A stretch of DNA of 47,826 bases from NCBI GenBank assembly GCA_015232705.1, contig JADFZD010000001.1, positions 1 to 47,826 of the forward strand, read 5' to 3'. Below, one piece after another: positions 27,597 to 36,423 of this stretch. Numbering within the stretch: the stretch's first letter is position 1; each line of letters opens with the position of its first letter. The notes under the pieces are model-generated. The model was not told the DNA's origin, searched no databases, and saw nothing but the letters and a program-made list of their open reading frames with translations. The translations under genes were made by a program, and so were the position numbers. The stretch comes from Magnetococcales bacterium (GTDB taxonomy: Bacteria > Pseudomonadota > Magnetococcia > Magnetococcales > Magnetaquicoccaceae).

Positions 27597-28742
27597 ATGG
27601 ACGCGCCCCAACAAAAAAGCCGTCAGGCTGCCACCCCCGACGGCTTAAATCATGGACGCGGGATCAATTATACCGCGACATCACCGCAATCTCAAAGGCT
27701 TGATGCCGACCAGGTGAAATCAGTTGCTCAACGACGCTGGCGCGAGATCCTTGGACGGCTTGCCCCCGAACTCTCCGAAGCGATCAACAAAATGCCACGT
27801 CATGTTGCCTGCCCCGTCCACGGTGGGCGAGATGGGTTCCGACTTTTTGCCGACGAGTCTGGAGGTGGCATCTGCAATTCCTGCGGTTCGTTCCCGGACG
27901 GGTTTTCCCTGCTCCAATGGTTGCGCCGGTGGGCGTTCCCAGAGACGCTTCAAGAGGTTGCCTCCGTGCTCGGGATGACGCGCGATCCTTACAGGAAGGC
28001 GCATGTCGTCGCCCAGTGTCCGCCGAACCCATCTCCACCAAATCGGGACTCAAAGGCCGTCTTGGAGCGCCTGCGCGCCACCTGGGCCGAATCGCTGCCG
28101 CTCGACCACCCGGAGGCGGACCCGGTGCGGCGCTACATGGTCAATCGTGGGCTGGGCGAGATCCTTTCCGATCTGCCAAGCGGGGTGCGCTGCCACCCAT
28201 TACTGTCGTACTGGCTGGAGGGACGTGAAGTTGGGAGATTCCCGACGATGCTGGCGCTGGTCCAAGATCTGGCAGGGCGGGGTGTTTCGCTTCACCGCAC
28301 ATACCTGGCCAGCGATGGCATCAAAGCCCAAGTCCCCGAACCAAAAAAATTGATGAAACCTATCCGCCATGGGGCCACCCGAGGCGCGGCGATCAGGCTT
28401 TATCACTCAAATGAGAAAGTTCGACATCTGGAAGTTGCCGAGGGCGTCGAAACCTCGCTTGCGGTTCGTGCGGCGACCGGTGCGGCGGTTTGGGCAACCA
28501 TTACGGCGGGTGGCATGGCGGCGCTGCAACTGCCAGCCGGAATCCGAACTGTGGATATCTGGGCCGATCTTGACCGAACCGGAGTTGGGCAACAGGCCGC
28601 CATCGAGCTGGCGCGACGCCTGACCAGCGAAGGGCGTGTTTGCCGCATCCTGGTGCCGCCTGGACCGATCCTAGATGGTTCCAAGGGAGTTGACTGGCTT
28701 GACGTGTTGAACGGCGAGTCAGCGCGAAAGGAGGCCGGATGA
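27597..28742 (+). CDS. Zinc-finger / TOPRIM primase (P4 alpha N-terminal-like)
   Basis: HVACPVHGGRDGFR..GICNSCG zinc ribbon; LHRTYL; VAEGVETSL; WADLD; DWLD. Confidence 0.9.
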   Translation: MDAPQQKSRQAATPDGLNHGRGINYTATSPQSQRLDADQVKSVAQRRWREILGRLAPELSEAINKMPRHVACPVHGGRDGFRLFADESGGGICNSCGSFPDGFSLLQWLRRWAFPETLQEVASVLGMTRDPYRKAHVVAQCPPNPSPPNRDSKAVLERLRATWAESLPLDHPEADPVRRYMVNRGLGEILSDLPSGVRCHPLLSYWLEGREVGRFPTMLALVQDLAGRGVSLHRTYLASDGIKAQVPEPKKLMKPIRHGATRGAAIRLYHSNEKVRHLEVAEGVETSLAVRAATGAAVWATITAGGMAALQLPAGIRTVDIWADLDRTGVGQQAAIELARRLTSEGRVCRILVPPGPILDGSKGVDWLDVLNGESARKEAG

Positions 28743-29980
28743 ACGCCGAGCCATTTCATGATGCCGCCAGCGAGGCCGAGCCGTTTTGCGAAGAGTCGTT
28801 CAGCCGCGCCGAGGATCCGAGAACCGAAGCGAACCATCCGCCAGCATGGTTTAGTCTGGAAGAATGCCGAGTCACAACCTGGATCGACACCCCGCCCCCG
28901 TCGCGCCGATGGCTGATCGATGGCGTCATGCCAGCCAACAAGAACCTATTGATCGTCGCTCCGGGCGGTACTTCAAAATCCATGTTTGCCGTGCAATTGG
29001 CGTTAAGTATCGCGACCGGAAAACCGTTTTTGAACCGCTGGTCTGTCGGTGAGTCTGGCGCGGTGTTGCTGCTTGCCGCTGAGGATGACCGTGACGAACT
29101 CCACCGACGGTTCCACCATGCCGCCCAGGCATTGACCGGGGGTGATGTCGATGGCGGTGATTACGCGCGGCAATTGATCAAGGATCGCATTTTCGCCGTT
29201 TCGTTGGTTGGGCAACGGAACTTGATGACCGGTAAGGAGCGCGACCAAGTTTTTCAAACCGAGCGCGTTTGCCAACTGATTGCCGAGGCACGCAAGATCC
29301 CGAACCTTCGGTTGATTGTGATTGACCCTCTCGCACGTTTTCAGGGGGGGCAAGAAAACGCGTCCGACGATGTGACCCGATTCGTTGAGACTCTGGAACA
29401 AATAGTTCAGGAGACCGGTGCGGGGGCGCTGTCGATCCACCATGCGAACAAGGCGTCCATGATGCCTGGCACACAAACCACTCAAGCAGCTTCGCGTGGT
29501 TCGAGCGCGCTGACTGACGGCGTTCGCTGGCAGGGCAATCTGTCCACGATGTCTGAACAGGAGGCGCGCCGCTTCGGGGTCAAATCGGATGACCGAAAAA
29601 AACTCGTCCAGTTTTCCGTGGTAAAGAATAACTATGGGCCACCTATCTCGGAAATCTGGTTGCGCCGTGGCGACCATGGGGTGTTGTCGGGCGAGATGTT
29701 GGAGACGCCCAGGGATGCCGAGGATACGACGATTCTGGCCAGGGTGATTGAAATTCTGCGACGAGAATTCGACGAGGGCCGTGAATTCTCCAAGAACGGT
29801 TTTGAACAAAAATTCGGCGGGATTTCTGGTGAGCTTGGGTGCGCCGAAAAACGGCTCAGATTCGTGCTCACGGAGGCGGTGGGTCAAGGGGTGCTCGAAC
29901 TCCGCTCCCCACAGAAACCCACCCGCAGCGTTCGCGAGGTGCTCGCCGTCGTGGAATCCGATCAAAGGGGGGAATTCTGA
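28739..29980 (+). CDS. RepA-type (AAA_25/SF4-like) helicase
   Basis: Walker A APGGTSKS, AEDD, VIDP, IHHANK, RGSSAL.DGVR, VKNNY. Confidence 0.9.
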   Translation: MNAEPFHDAASEAEPFCEESFSRAEDPRTEANHPPAWFSLEECRVTTWIDTPPPSRRWLIDGVMPANKNLLIVAPGGTSKSMFAVQLALSIATGKPFLNRWSVGESGAVLLLAAEDDRDELHRRFHHAAQALTGGDVDGGDYARQLIKDRIFAVSLVGQRNLMTGKERDQVFQTERVCQLIAEARKIPNLRLIVIDPLARFQGGQENASDDVTRFVETLEQIVQETGAGALSIHHANKASMMPGTQTTQAASRGSSALTDGVRWQGNLSTMSEQEARRFGVKSDDRKKLVQFSVVKNNYGPPISEIWLRRGDHGVLSGEMLETPRDAEDTTILARVIEILRREFDEGREFSKNGFEQKFGGISGELGCAEKRLRFVLTEAVGQGVLELRSPQKPTRSVREVLAVVESDQRGEF

Positions 29981-30008
29981 TGATCGCGGCCACGGTGGAA
30001 TGCTGTTT

Positions 30009-30254
30009 TCAGTCCGGCAATAGTCCGGCAAAACTTGTCCGGCAAAGGGATGTGCCACGCTGGACGCCTACTCTCGCAACGGGTTCAGTCCGGCAAAGTC
30101 CGGCACCTACTCTCGCAACGGGTTCAGTCCGGCAAAGTCCGGCAAAACGCCTTGCCGGGCTGAAGTCCAGTATCCACGCGGTGTTCAGTCCGGCAACCCA
30201 AAAATGTCTTGCCGGGCTGAAGTCCAGTATCCACGCGGTGTTCAGTCCGGCAAC
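30009..30254. repeat. Iteron-like array, probable satellite replication origin
   Basis: Nine gtccggca copies plus two inverted ttgccgggct; nested 39-bp (30067/30106) and 57-bp (30151/30208) duplications. Confidence 0.8.
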
Positions 30255-30373
30255 ATCTCACCCCCTAAAGGGGGAGGATTTGAGTCCTCCCCTTTGGGGG
30301 ATTTGGACCCGAAGAGATCCGTCCTGGACGGCTACCGTCCAAAGCACCAACCAAACCTTCAAAGGAAATTAAA

Positions 30374-30616
30374 ATGACCAATGAACGAATTGTCAGCATC
30401 ATCCCGGCGTCCCCTGGCTGGCTCGCGGTGTTTGGCTGCGAGGCTGGGCCAACGGATCAAACTCCCCTCGCCTGTTGGGCTCTGCTTGAAAACGTGCGCG
30501 GGGACCGTCGAGTTGTCGGCATGGTCGCGTCGCATGGCGTGATCGAGCCTGCGGACTATGTCGGAAATTTTCAGAGCTACAGTCCGACGCCGGTGAAATT
30601 GATCATCCCTGGTTGA
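30374..30616 (+). CDS. Small hypothetical satellite protein
   Basis: AAGGA RBS; IVSIIPASPGWLAVF...PLACWAL. Confidence 0.7.
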   Translation: MTNERIVSIIPASPGWLAVFGCEAGPTDQTPLACWALLENVRGDRRVVGMVASHGVIEPADYVGNFQSYSPTPVKLIIPG

Positions 30617-30620
30617 AATC

Positions 30621-30680
30621 CGGGTCCTCCCCGGACCCCGGCGCGGGCGGGTAAATTCGAACCCCGGCGGCGCGCTACTG
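30621..30680 (+). other. Putative cos packaging site (lambda-type cosQ)
   Basis: cGGGTCCTccccgg resembles lambda cosQ (GGGTCCT); followed by gggtaaattcgaaccccg; directly upstream of terS. Confidence 0.6.
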
Positions 30681-30728
30681 TCAGAAGAAAATTTTATGGG
30701 TTCCGCTTTCGACTTGATGAGGAAAAAA

Positions 30729-31196
30729 ATGGCAACTGATGAATCGTGGTCGCAGCAACGAATGGCCGAGCACCTTGGCATGAGCACGCGAAACCTTCGA
30801 GACGTTCTGAAAACGCTGGGCCTCCCAGCGCGTGGCTTTGACCCCGCCGAGGTGCGGCTCGGATACATTGAGAGCCTCAGAAAGCGCGCGGCCACAAGCG
30901 GGCCAGGGGCATCGTCACCTGGCGTGGCCTCCGAGCGTGAGCGGCTCATCAAGGCGCGGCGCGAGCTGACCGAATTGGAGTTGGCCCGGAAACGTGAGGA
31001 GCTGGTCGAGGTCGAAGCCGTGCACAAGGAGGTGTTTGCCATGGCCAGGCGGGTTCGGGATCGAATCTTGAATGTGCCGAGTCGCATTTCTGCGGCTGTT
31101 GCTGCTGAGACTGATGCACGGGTGATTGATCGGATGATCACCCAAGAGTTGCGAACGGCGCTTATCGAGTTAGGAAAAATGGAGGTGGCGGGATGA
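30729..31196 (+). CDS. Terminase small subunit, Nu1-like
   Basis: N-terminal HTH SQQRMAEHLGMSTRNLR; YIESLR..A; ERERL.KARRE..EL...R.ELV; IL.VP.R pattern of lambda-type TerS. Confidence 0.8.
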   Translation: MATDESWSQQRMAEHLGMSTRNLRDVLKTLGLPARGFDPAEVRLGYIESLRKRAATSGPGASSPGVASERERLIKARRELTELELARKREELVEVEAVHKEVFAMARRVRDRILNVPSRISAAVAAETDARVIDRMITQELRTALIELGKMEVAG

Positions 31197-31447
31197 GAAT
31201 TTCAGAACTTCTCTATGAGGCCTACGAAGCGGTTCGCGCGGGGGAAGAGTGGGCGGCATATGAATCGCGGATCCTCACCACAGAACAGGCATGGGAGGCA
31301 ATCGAGGCATCATTGCTGGCTGGTTGGCTTGGAGAGAATTTGCCACCAACGCCGGATTACCCACCGAACCCCGAGCCTTGGCGCGAGGTCGAGCGTGAAG
31401 CAATCAAGCTGCTTGAGGGCTTGATCGAGCGCTTGAAACAGGGGTGA
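31193..31447 (+). CDS. Hypothetical protein coupled to terS
   Basis: ATGA overlap; GGAGG RBS. Confidence 0.65.
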   Translation: MRISELLYEAYEAVRAGEEWAAYESRILTTEQAWEAIEASLLAGWLGENLPPTPDYPPNPEPWREVEREAIKLLEGLIERLKQG

Positions 31448-31603
31448 CCCAACACGAGGCGCACCCTGCGCGCGTCAGACGCACCAGGAGCGCGTTTCCC
31501 TGGCTGGCTGCGTAAGGGGGGTGCCTCGTGCTCTCAAAATGCCTTGCAGGGCGTCCTGAAACGATTCCGTTCTGTCCGCTTTGGTACGTCTGGAAGCCAA
31601 AGA

Positions 31604-31999
31604 TCACAGTTCTGATCTGGTGGCGCGACCGCTTATAAAGACTGTGACAAGCCCGACAACGGTTCCGCCCCCCATGACGCCACCAACCCAGTCATGGCCG
31701 TTCAAAGTCAAGATGACTGATCCGATAATAGCGGTCAATCCCATCAGCATGGCCATCCACTGTCCACGACTCTGGAGCGACATCGCTTCCCGCTCCATTG
31801 CCGCGCGATGGTGGCCTTCCTCTTCGAATCGACTGACGATGCGTTCCGGGAAATCAGGCACGATTTTACCGTATTCCGCGAGCATTTGGGGAGGCGGGAT
31901 CGGGCCAATGTACTGGGCGCGCTGTATGAGAAGACGAGAGGATTCGCTTTCTTCCTGTTGAGGAATGGCCGGGGTGATATCGGCAAGAGGATCAGACAC
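31604..31999 (-). CDS. DUF2335-like membrane protein
   Basis: GPIPPPQMLAEY..IVPDFPERI...E.E..HR, RGQ, two TM helices; GTG start overlaps the upstream stop. Confidence 0.8.
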   Translation of the reverse strand: MSDPLADITPAIPQQEESESSRLLIQRAQYIGPIPPPQMLAEYGKIVPDFPERIVSRFEEEGHHRAAMEREAMSLQSRGQWMAMLMGLTAIIGSVILTLNGHDWVGGVMGGGTVVGLVTVFISGRATRSEL

Positions 32000-32207
32000 G
32001 TTCAATCCCGGTGATTGCCTGGCGCAATGACGCACCAACCTTGTCCCAATCCTGGCGCAAGGCGTTTGCATCGGCACGAAATGCCTGTTCAACCGATTTT
32101 GGCTGGTTCATGAAACGGTGCAATTCGCGCGGCATGCTTGCGATAGTGGGGTAAACGTTGAACACCACACCCATGCCTTTGACCAGGTTATGCCATTGAC
32201 TTTTCAT
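31992..32207 (-). CDS. Small protein coupled to the DUF2335 gene
   Basis: GGAG RBS; D..AL..DW..VG..LR.AI helix. Confidence 0.7.
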   Translation of the reverse strand: MKSQWHNLVKGMGVVFNVYPTIASMPRELHRFMNQPKSVEQAFRADANALRQDWDKVGASLRQAITGIERV

Positions 32208-32290
32208 TCGGGCGTCTCCCCGTTGTGATTCCTCATGCGGCAACATGCGGAAATTATATACGATTGGTTGAAACATCTCCAGAAGAATCC

Positions 32291-32319
32291 TTGACCCTGG
32301 CCGGAGTCTGATTCACGAT
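32291..32319 (+). promoter_or_regulatory. Sigma70-like promoter of the c4/ash transcript
   Basis: TTGACC-17 bp-CACGAT. Confidence 0.55.
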
Positions 32320-32426
32320 TGGAGCCACGGGGCTGCAAACCCCAAACACAAGCGGAAACCGCACCCGTCAGACCATGCGGTATTTTTGCGCCCTGAATCC
32401 GGCATGGCTGCTCTGTGCCTGACTCA

Positions 32427-32505
32427 TGGCCGGGTGTGGACGAATACAACACCCCGCAAGGGGGAATCAGTCCGCCGTCTTGTGTCGGTTTGCAACTCCC
32501 GGTCC
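32427..32505 (+). ncRNA. c4 antisense / P4 CI-like RNA (ash region)
   Basis: Stem ggccggg..cccggtc, inner gtggac..gtccgc, cccc-GCAA-gggg tetraloop; its cttgtgtcggtttgca segment is complementary to upstream tgcaaacc..acacaag (32334-32352) and to tgcaa..acgcaag just before ATG 32537. Confidence 0.75.
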
Positions 32506-32536
32506 TATTCACACTCCATGCAAGGAGACGCAAGCC

Positions 32537-32926
32537 ATGAACACCCGCATCACCCCCACGAACACCCCCACCATTCCCCGCACCATCCGCATTCAGGTTT
32601 CCGAGAAAGGCAAGCTGCGCCTGATCGATGCCGATCTGTTGCCCGGCCAAGGGAACACCCCTGAGCCTCACCAGAAGGCGCACCAGCTCTCCGAAGGCCG
32701 CACCTTCGACGATGGCCGGGCGCTGTTGACGGAACTGTCCCAACTGGTCTACATGCGACGTGCTCAAGGGCACGCGATCTCGCCGGATGAACTATCCCCC
32801 TTCCTGATCGATCTGGAAGCGGTGCTGGCTCGCGGTTGGACGGAAGCGTCCGAAGCGGCGCAACGCTTGGACAGGGCGTCCACCTACCTGCGTCGCTGGT
32901 GCGTGCGGGTTGGGAATGCCGGGTAA
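32537..32926 (+). CDS. Hypothetical protein downstream of the c4-like RNA
   Basis: AAGGAG RBS; in frame with an upstream ash-like peptide MAGCGR..RFATPG from 32426. Confidence 0.7.
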   Translation: MNTRITPTNTPTIPRTIRIQVSEKGKLRLIDADLLPGQGNTPEPHQKAHQLSEGRTFDDGRALLTELSQLVYMRRAQGHAISPDELSPFLIDLEAVLARGWTEASEAAQRLDRASTYLRRWCVRVGNAG

Positions 32927-32974
32927 TCCCCATCGGCTGCCAGGGACGGCGGCACCTGCCAGGATGAGGCATGA

Positions 32975-33000
32975 GGCCGGGAGCGATTCCGGCTTTTTTT
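32975..33000 (+). terminator. Intrinsic terminator
   Basis: gccggga-gcga-ttccggc followed by T7. Confidence 0.7.
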
Positions 33001-33310
33001 GTGCATGGGGCGCATGGAGTCAGGGAGGCATTCACCTGGAAGGCGATCATCGATTATCTGGACGCGGCGCAGTGGACACCTGAGCCCATGCGGGTGGAGG
33101 GTGCCGGGTGCGTGCACACCCCGGTTGCTGTCCAGGGAGGTGATGACATGTCATCGATGGTGGCGGGGTCATCCTTCGGAAGGGATGGCATGGCGTGATG
33201 TTGGAATTTTGACAAAGGGTGCAGCAAAATTTTTTGTGTGTAGAATCGTGTGTAGTTTCAGGGGAGTTCAATTTTTTATTGTTTAAAAACAATTAATTGC
33301 TTGTAGATGT

Positions 33311-33338
33311 GAATCAGGCTATCCCATTTTTTTCTCAT
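33311..33338 (+). other. Degenerate right attachment site
   Basis: gaatcaggctatcccatttttttctcat vs tRNA end gaatccctgctcctccgccattttctcat; preceded by arm-like repeats and an AT-rich tract. Confidence 0.5.
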
Positions 33339-33365
33339 GGATCCAAATTCGCTTCAAGCCGATCC

Positions 33366-33399
33366 AAAGCCAGCCGAGCCACGCTCTGCTGGCTTTTTT
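33366..33399 (+). terminator. Terminator, possibly the displaced tRNA terminator
   Basis: aaagccagc...gctggctttttt just past the putative attR. Confidence 0.65.
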
Positions 33400-33704
33400 G
33401 TTGCCCACCAGAGGGGGATCGGCACATGGGCGTGCGGCATAACAATCCCGTCTCGCCCGAGATACTTGCCAGGAATGTCGTGGAGAATGTCAACCAGGCA
33501 TAGGATCTCAAGAATCTCTCCTGGGGATGCGGCTTGAAGGGCTGTACCTTTCTCAAGCGGCAACGGTCGCCGTCGCGCCCCACCCCCGAATCCCATCCAT
33601 ATTCCAGAACATGGCACCAAAAAAAACGGACCGAGGCGACATGCCATGGTCCGTTCACGCTTCGTCTACACGTCACGTCTTTGTACGCTGCGAAACCATG
33701 CGGG

Positions 33705-34349
33705 TCAGACGTGCTTTTCCACCCCACCAACACCGCGCACAAAAAACGCCCAGGAGCTGTCCACGTCCGTGGTCGGAGCAACCGCAAATCCGCTGATCAC
33801 AAAACGCAGCGTCGCAGCCTGAATCAGACCCACGAAGAAATCCGCGCTCGCATCCAGATCCAGGGAATCAGGCAGCTCACGCGCCGCACGAGCGTCATTC
33901 AAGATGCTCTTGATCAGTCGCACATACTCCCGCACGACCCGGCTCATCACCTGACTCTCTGCCGGAGTCATCACCCCCTCGACCAGAAAAACCCGACACA
34001 GCCCAGGATGCTCGGTAAAAAATTGCAGATGATAGGCCAACAGCAGCCGCAAACGGGCCAAGGGCGAGGAGACCTCCGGAATTCTTCCAGCGAACTGGAA
34101 GAGATGATCCTTCAAATAATCGGTCAGTGCCTGGAAAATCGCATCCTTGCCCGAAAAATGACGATAAAGCGCCGCCTCGGACAAGCCGACCTGCGAGGCC
34201 AACTCGGCGGTGGTGACACGACGATTGCCCTGCTCCAACAGGGTCATGACAGCACGCAGAATCTCCAGACGCCGCTCTGGACGACGACGACGGTCCACCT
34301 TGAGGAAATCACGATTCGATCCAGCGGTACGGTCATCATCGAAGGACAT
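33705..34349 (-). CDS. TetR/AcrR-family regulator (SlmA-like HTH)
   Basis: RRLEIL...VTTAELASQVGLSEAALYRHFSGK. Confidence 0.9.
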   Translation of the reverse strand: MSFDDDRTAGSNRDFLKVDRRRRPERRLEILRAVMTLLEQGNRRVTTAELASQVGLSEAALYRHFSGKDAIFQALTDYLKDHLFQFAGRIPEVSSPLARLRLLLAYHLQFFTEHPGLCRVFLVEGVMTPAESQVMSRVVREYVRLIKSILNDARAARELPDSLDLDASADFFVGLIQAATLRFVISGFAVAPTTDVDSSWAFFVRGVGGVEKHV

Positions 34350-34656
34350 GCGAATCTCCAGAACTCATTGAAAAAAGATGATATTCACAAACGGTCGTTT
34401 ATTGAAGCCGCACCATCCCCCCATTCTTGACTTCCTAACAAAACATATTACACACTTTCTGCATATTTTGCAATTTAATTGCACATCAATACCCTTCATG
34501 CTAGGATTGACATGAAGTAACACAGTGACCATATCCACAAATGCGTTGACAAACTTGGTCCTGATGGGGTGCCCTTCCTGACACCCCACCCATGCCCCTT
34601 TCACAAGAGAAGGCGCACGGATAACAGCATGCCAACACATACCCGGAGATCCAACC

Positions 34657-35343
34657 ATGTATAACGATTCAAAATTCACAACCCACGACTCGCCCTGGGG
34701 AAGCACCATCCAGGTCAAGACATACAGCGAAGCCGAGGTCACTACCTACCTCAAGCAGGTCTATGCCATGCTGGCCTCCAGCCTCCTCGTCGCCGTGGCC
34801 TCCGGCTATGTCGGCATGACCCTGCCCTTCGCGCGTGAACACCCCTTTGTGCTGCTCTTCATGATGTTCGGTGCCATGTTCCTGGCCTTCAAGGTGCAAA
34901 ACGCCGCCACCCTCTTTCTGTTCACCGGCATCTCCGGCCTCTCCCTCGGCCCGGTGATCGCCCACTACGTCGGTGCCGGCATGGCCGGAGTGGTCGGGCA
35001 GGCCGCATTCCTCACCGGAGCCATCTTCTCCGGTCTGTCGGTCTACTCCCTGTCCACCAAACGGGACCTCTCGATGATGAGCGGCATGCTCTTCGCCGGC
35101 TTGATCATCGTGGTGATCGGCGGCCTGATCAACCTCTTCGTGCAATCCTCGGCCATGGCCTTCGGTTTGTCCGCCATCGGCTCGGTGATCTTTGCCGGGT
35201 ATATCCTCTTTGAGACCCAACAACTCAAAGAGAACCCCTGGGCCGTATCGCCCTCCGTGGCCGCGCTCTCGATGTATCTGAACATCATCAATCTCTTCAC
35301 CAGCCTGTTGCGTCTGCTCGGCCTGCTGGGAGGCGATGAGTAA
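34657..35343 (+). CDS. yccA: Bax inhibitor-1/YccA family membrane protein
   Basis: YLKQVY, 7 TM, YILFETQ, AALSMYLNIINLF.SLL. Confidence 0.92.
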   Translation: MYNDSKFTTHDSPWGSTIQVKTYSEAEVTTYLKQVYAMLASSLLVAVASGYVGMTLPFAREHPFVLLFMMFGAMFLAFKVQNAATLFLFTGISGLSLGPVIAHYVGAGMAGVVGQAAFLTGAIFSGLSVYSLSTKRDLSMMSGMLFAGLIIVVIGGLINLFVQSSAMAFGLSAIGSVIFAGYILFETQQLKENPWAVSPSVAALSMYLNIINLFTSLLRLLGLLGGDE

Positions 35344-35920
35344 TTTACTGAAAAAAATAAAAAACCGACTGCGCTTGGCGGGCTGGGATGGTATCCGGCC
35401 CGCCATCGTCGTTTTGGGAGGCGCACAACGACTGCAACTGCTCGGACGCTACGACAGGCATGGCCAACCGCTGCCCAATCCTAAAAGACGCCGCTGGTTG
35501 ATCTCCACCGGTCAGGCAGGCTTTGGTTGCCAACTGGATAGCGGTCGCACCCCCACAGGGATGCATCGCATCGCAGAGATGTTCGGTGCGGAGGCCCCGT
35601 TGGGTATGGTCTTCAAGAGCCGCAAGGCCACGGGAGAGATCGTCCAGTCTGGACGTGTCATGGAGGGGGATTACATCACCAGCCGAATCCTCTGGCTTGA
35701 GGGGCTGGAACCCGGACACAATCAAGGTCCGGGGGTCGATTCACTGGCACGCTTCATCTACATCCACGGCACGCCGCACACCGATCACCTCGGCACTCCG
35801 GCCTCGGCAGGATGCGTGCGCATGCGCGATACCCACGTCGCACGACTGTTCAGGAGAGTCGGACCCGGTACGTTGGTCTACATCGTGCCGCCAGTCGTGA
35901 TGCCTGTAGGAAAGAAATAA
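35336..35920 (+). CDS. L,D-transpeptidase (YkuD family)
   Basis: ISTG..G.G....SGRTP.G, IYIHGT, SAGCVRM. Confidence 0.9.
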   Translation: MSNLLKKIKNRLRLAGWDGIRPAIVVLGGAQRLQLLGRYDRHGQPLPNPKRRRWLISTGQAGFGCQLDSGRTPTGMHRIAEMFGAEAPLGMVFKSRKATGEIVQSGRVMEGDYITSRILWLEGLEPGHNQGPGVDSLARFIYIHGTPHTDHLGTPASAGCVRMRDTHVARLFRRVGPGTLVYIVPPVVMPVGKK

Positions 35921-36033
35921 ACTGTGACGCCATCACCCATCCTCTGAATCAGACACGATCGCGGCGTGGATGGTCAACATCCGTTCCGCATCATCGATCA
36001 GACGACACTCTGGACGACGTCCGGCGAGCCGTA

Positions 36034-36199
36034 AACCTAGATCCGACAATTGCGGGTGATTGCATGAGCTAACATATTGGTTCATATGGTGAATTGCAAG
36101 AAACCAAAGTTACCTTATTGGCAATGAGGCTTTCTTCCGATTTGCCATATAGATCAAGAGGTTGCCGCAGGTGATTGCCCGCAACTGCCGGATCCAGGG
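36034..36199. mobile_element. MITE family E copy 1 (~166 bp)
   Basis: TIRs aacctagatccgacaattgcg / cgcaactgccggatccaggg, TA-flanked; colinear with 47427-47596. Confidence 0.8.
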
Positions 36200-36423
36200 T
36201 AAACCTTCCTCCATGATGATCGGCACCCCCTCCCCCCGTTTGCCATCCCTCCGATCCTGATACAGGCATACGATACAACAATTGAATGCAAAAAAATACA
36301 ATCATAGTTATATTGTTCGCAAAAAAATACACATTGAGATTAAATTTCAAATATTCTTATACCTGCATCAGGAGAATGGTGACGATACAAGAATATATCA
36401 AGGAGAAAGATGAGAAAGAGCAC

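Larger units (their letters stand above)
21661..33338 (+). mobile_element. tRNA-integrated phage-satellite-like island (P4/PICI-like, composite)
   Basis: Integrase next to tRNA; two AlpA plus replicon modules; terS and cos; degenerate right att; no capsid, portal or TerL gene. Confidence 0.85.

Noticed and set aside
30009-30254. Repeat array as CRISPR
   Set aside because: Intervening sequences are themselves duplicated, repeats occur in both orientations, and there are no cas genes
21661-33338. Intact prophage or ICE
   Set aside because: No capsid, portal, TerL, tail, lysis, relaxase or T4SS genes
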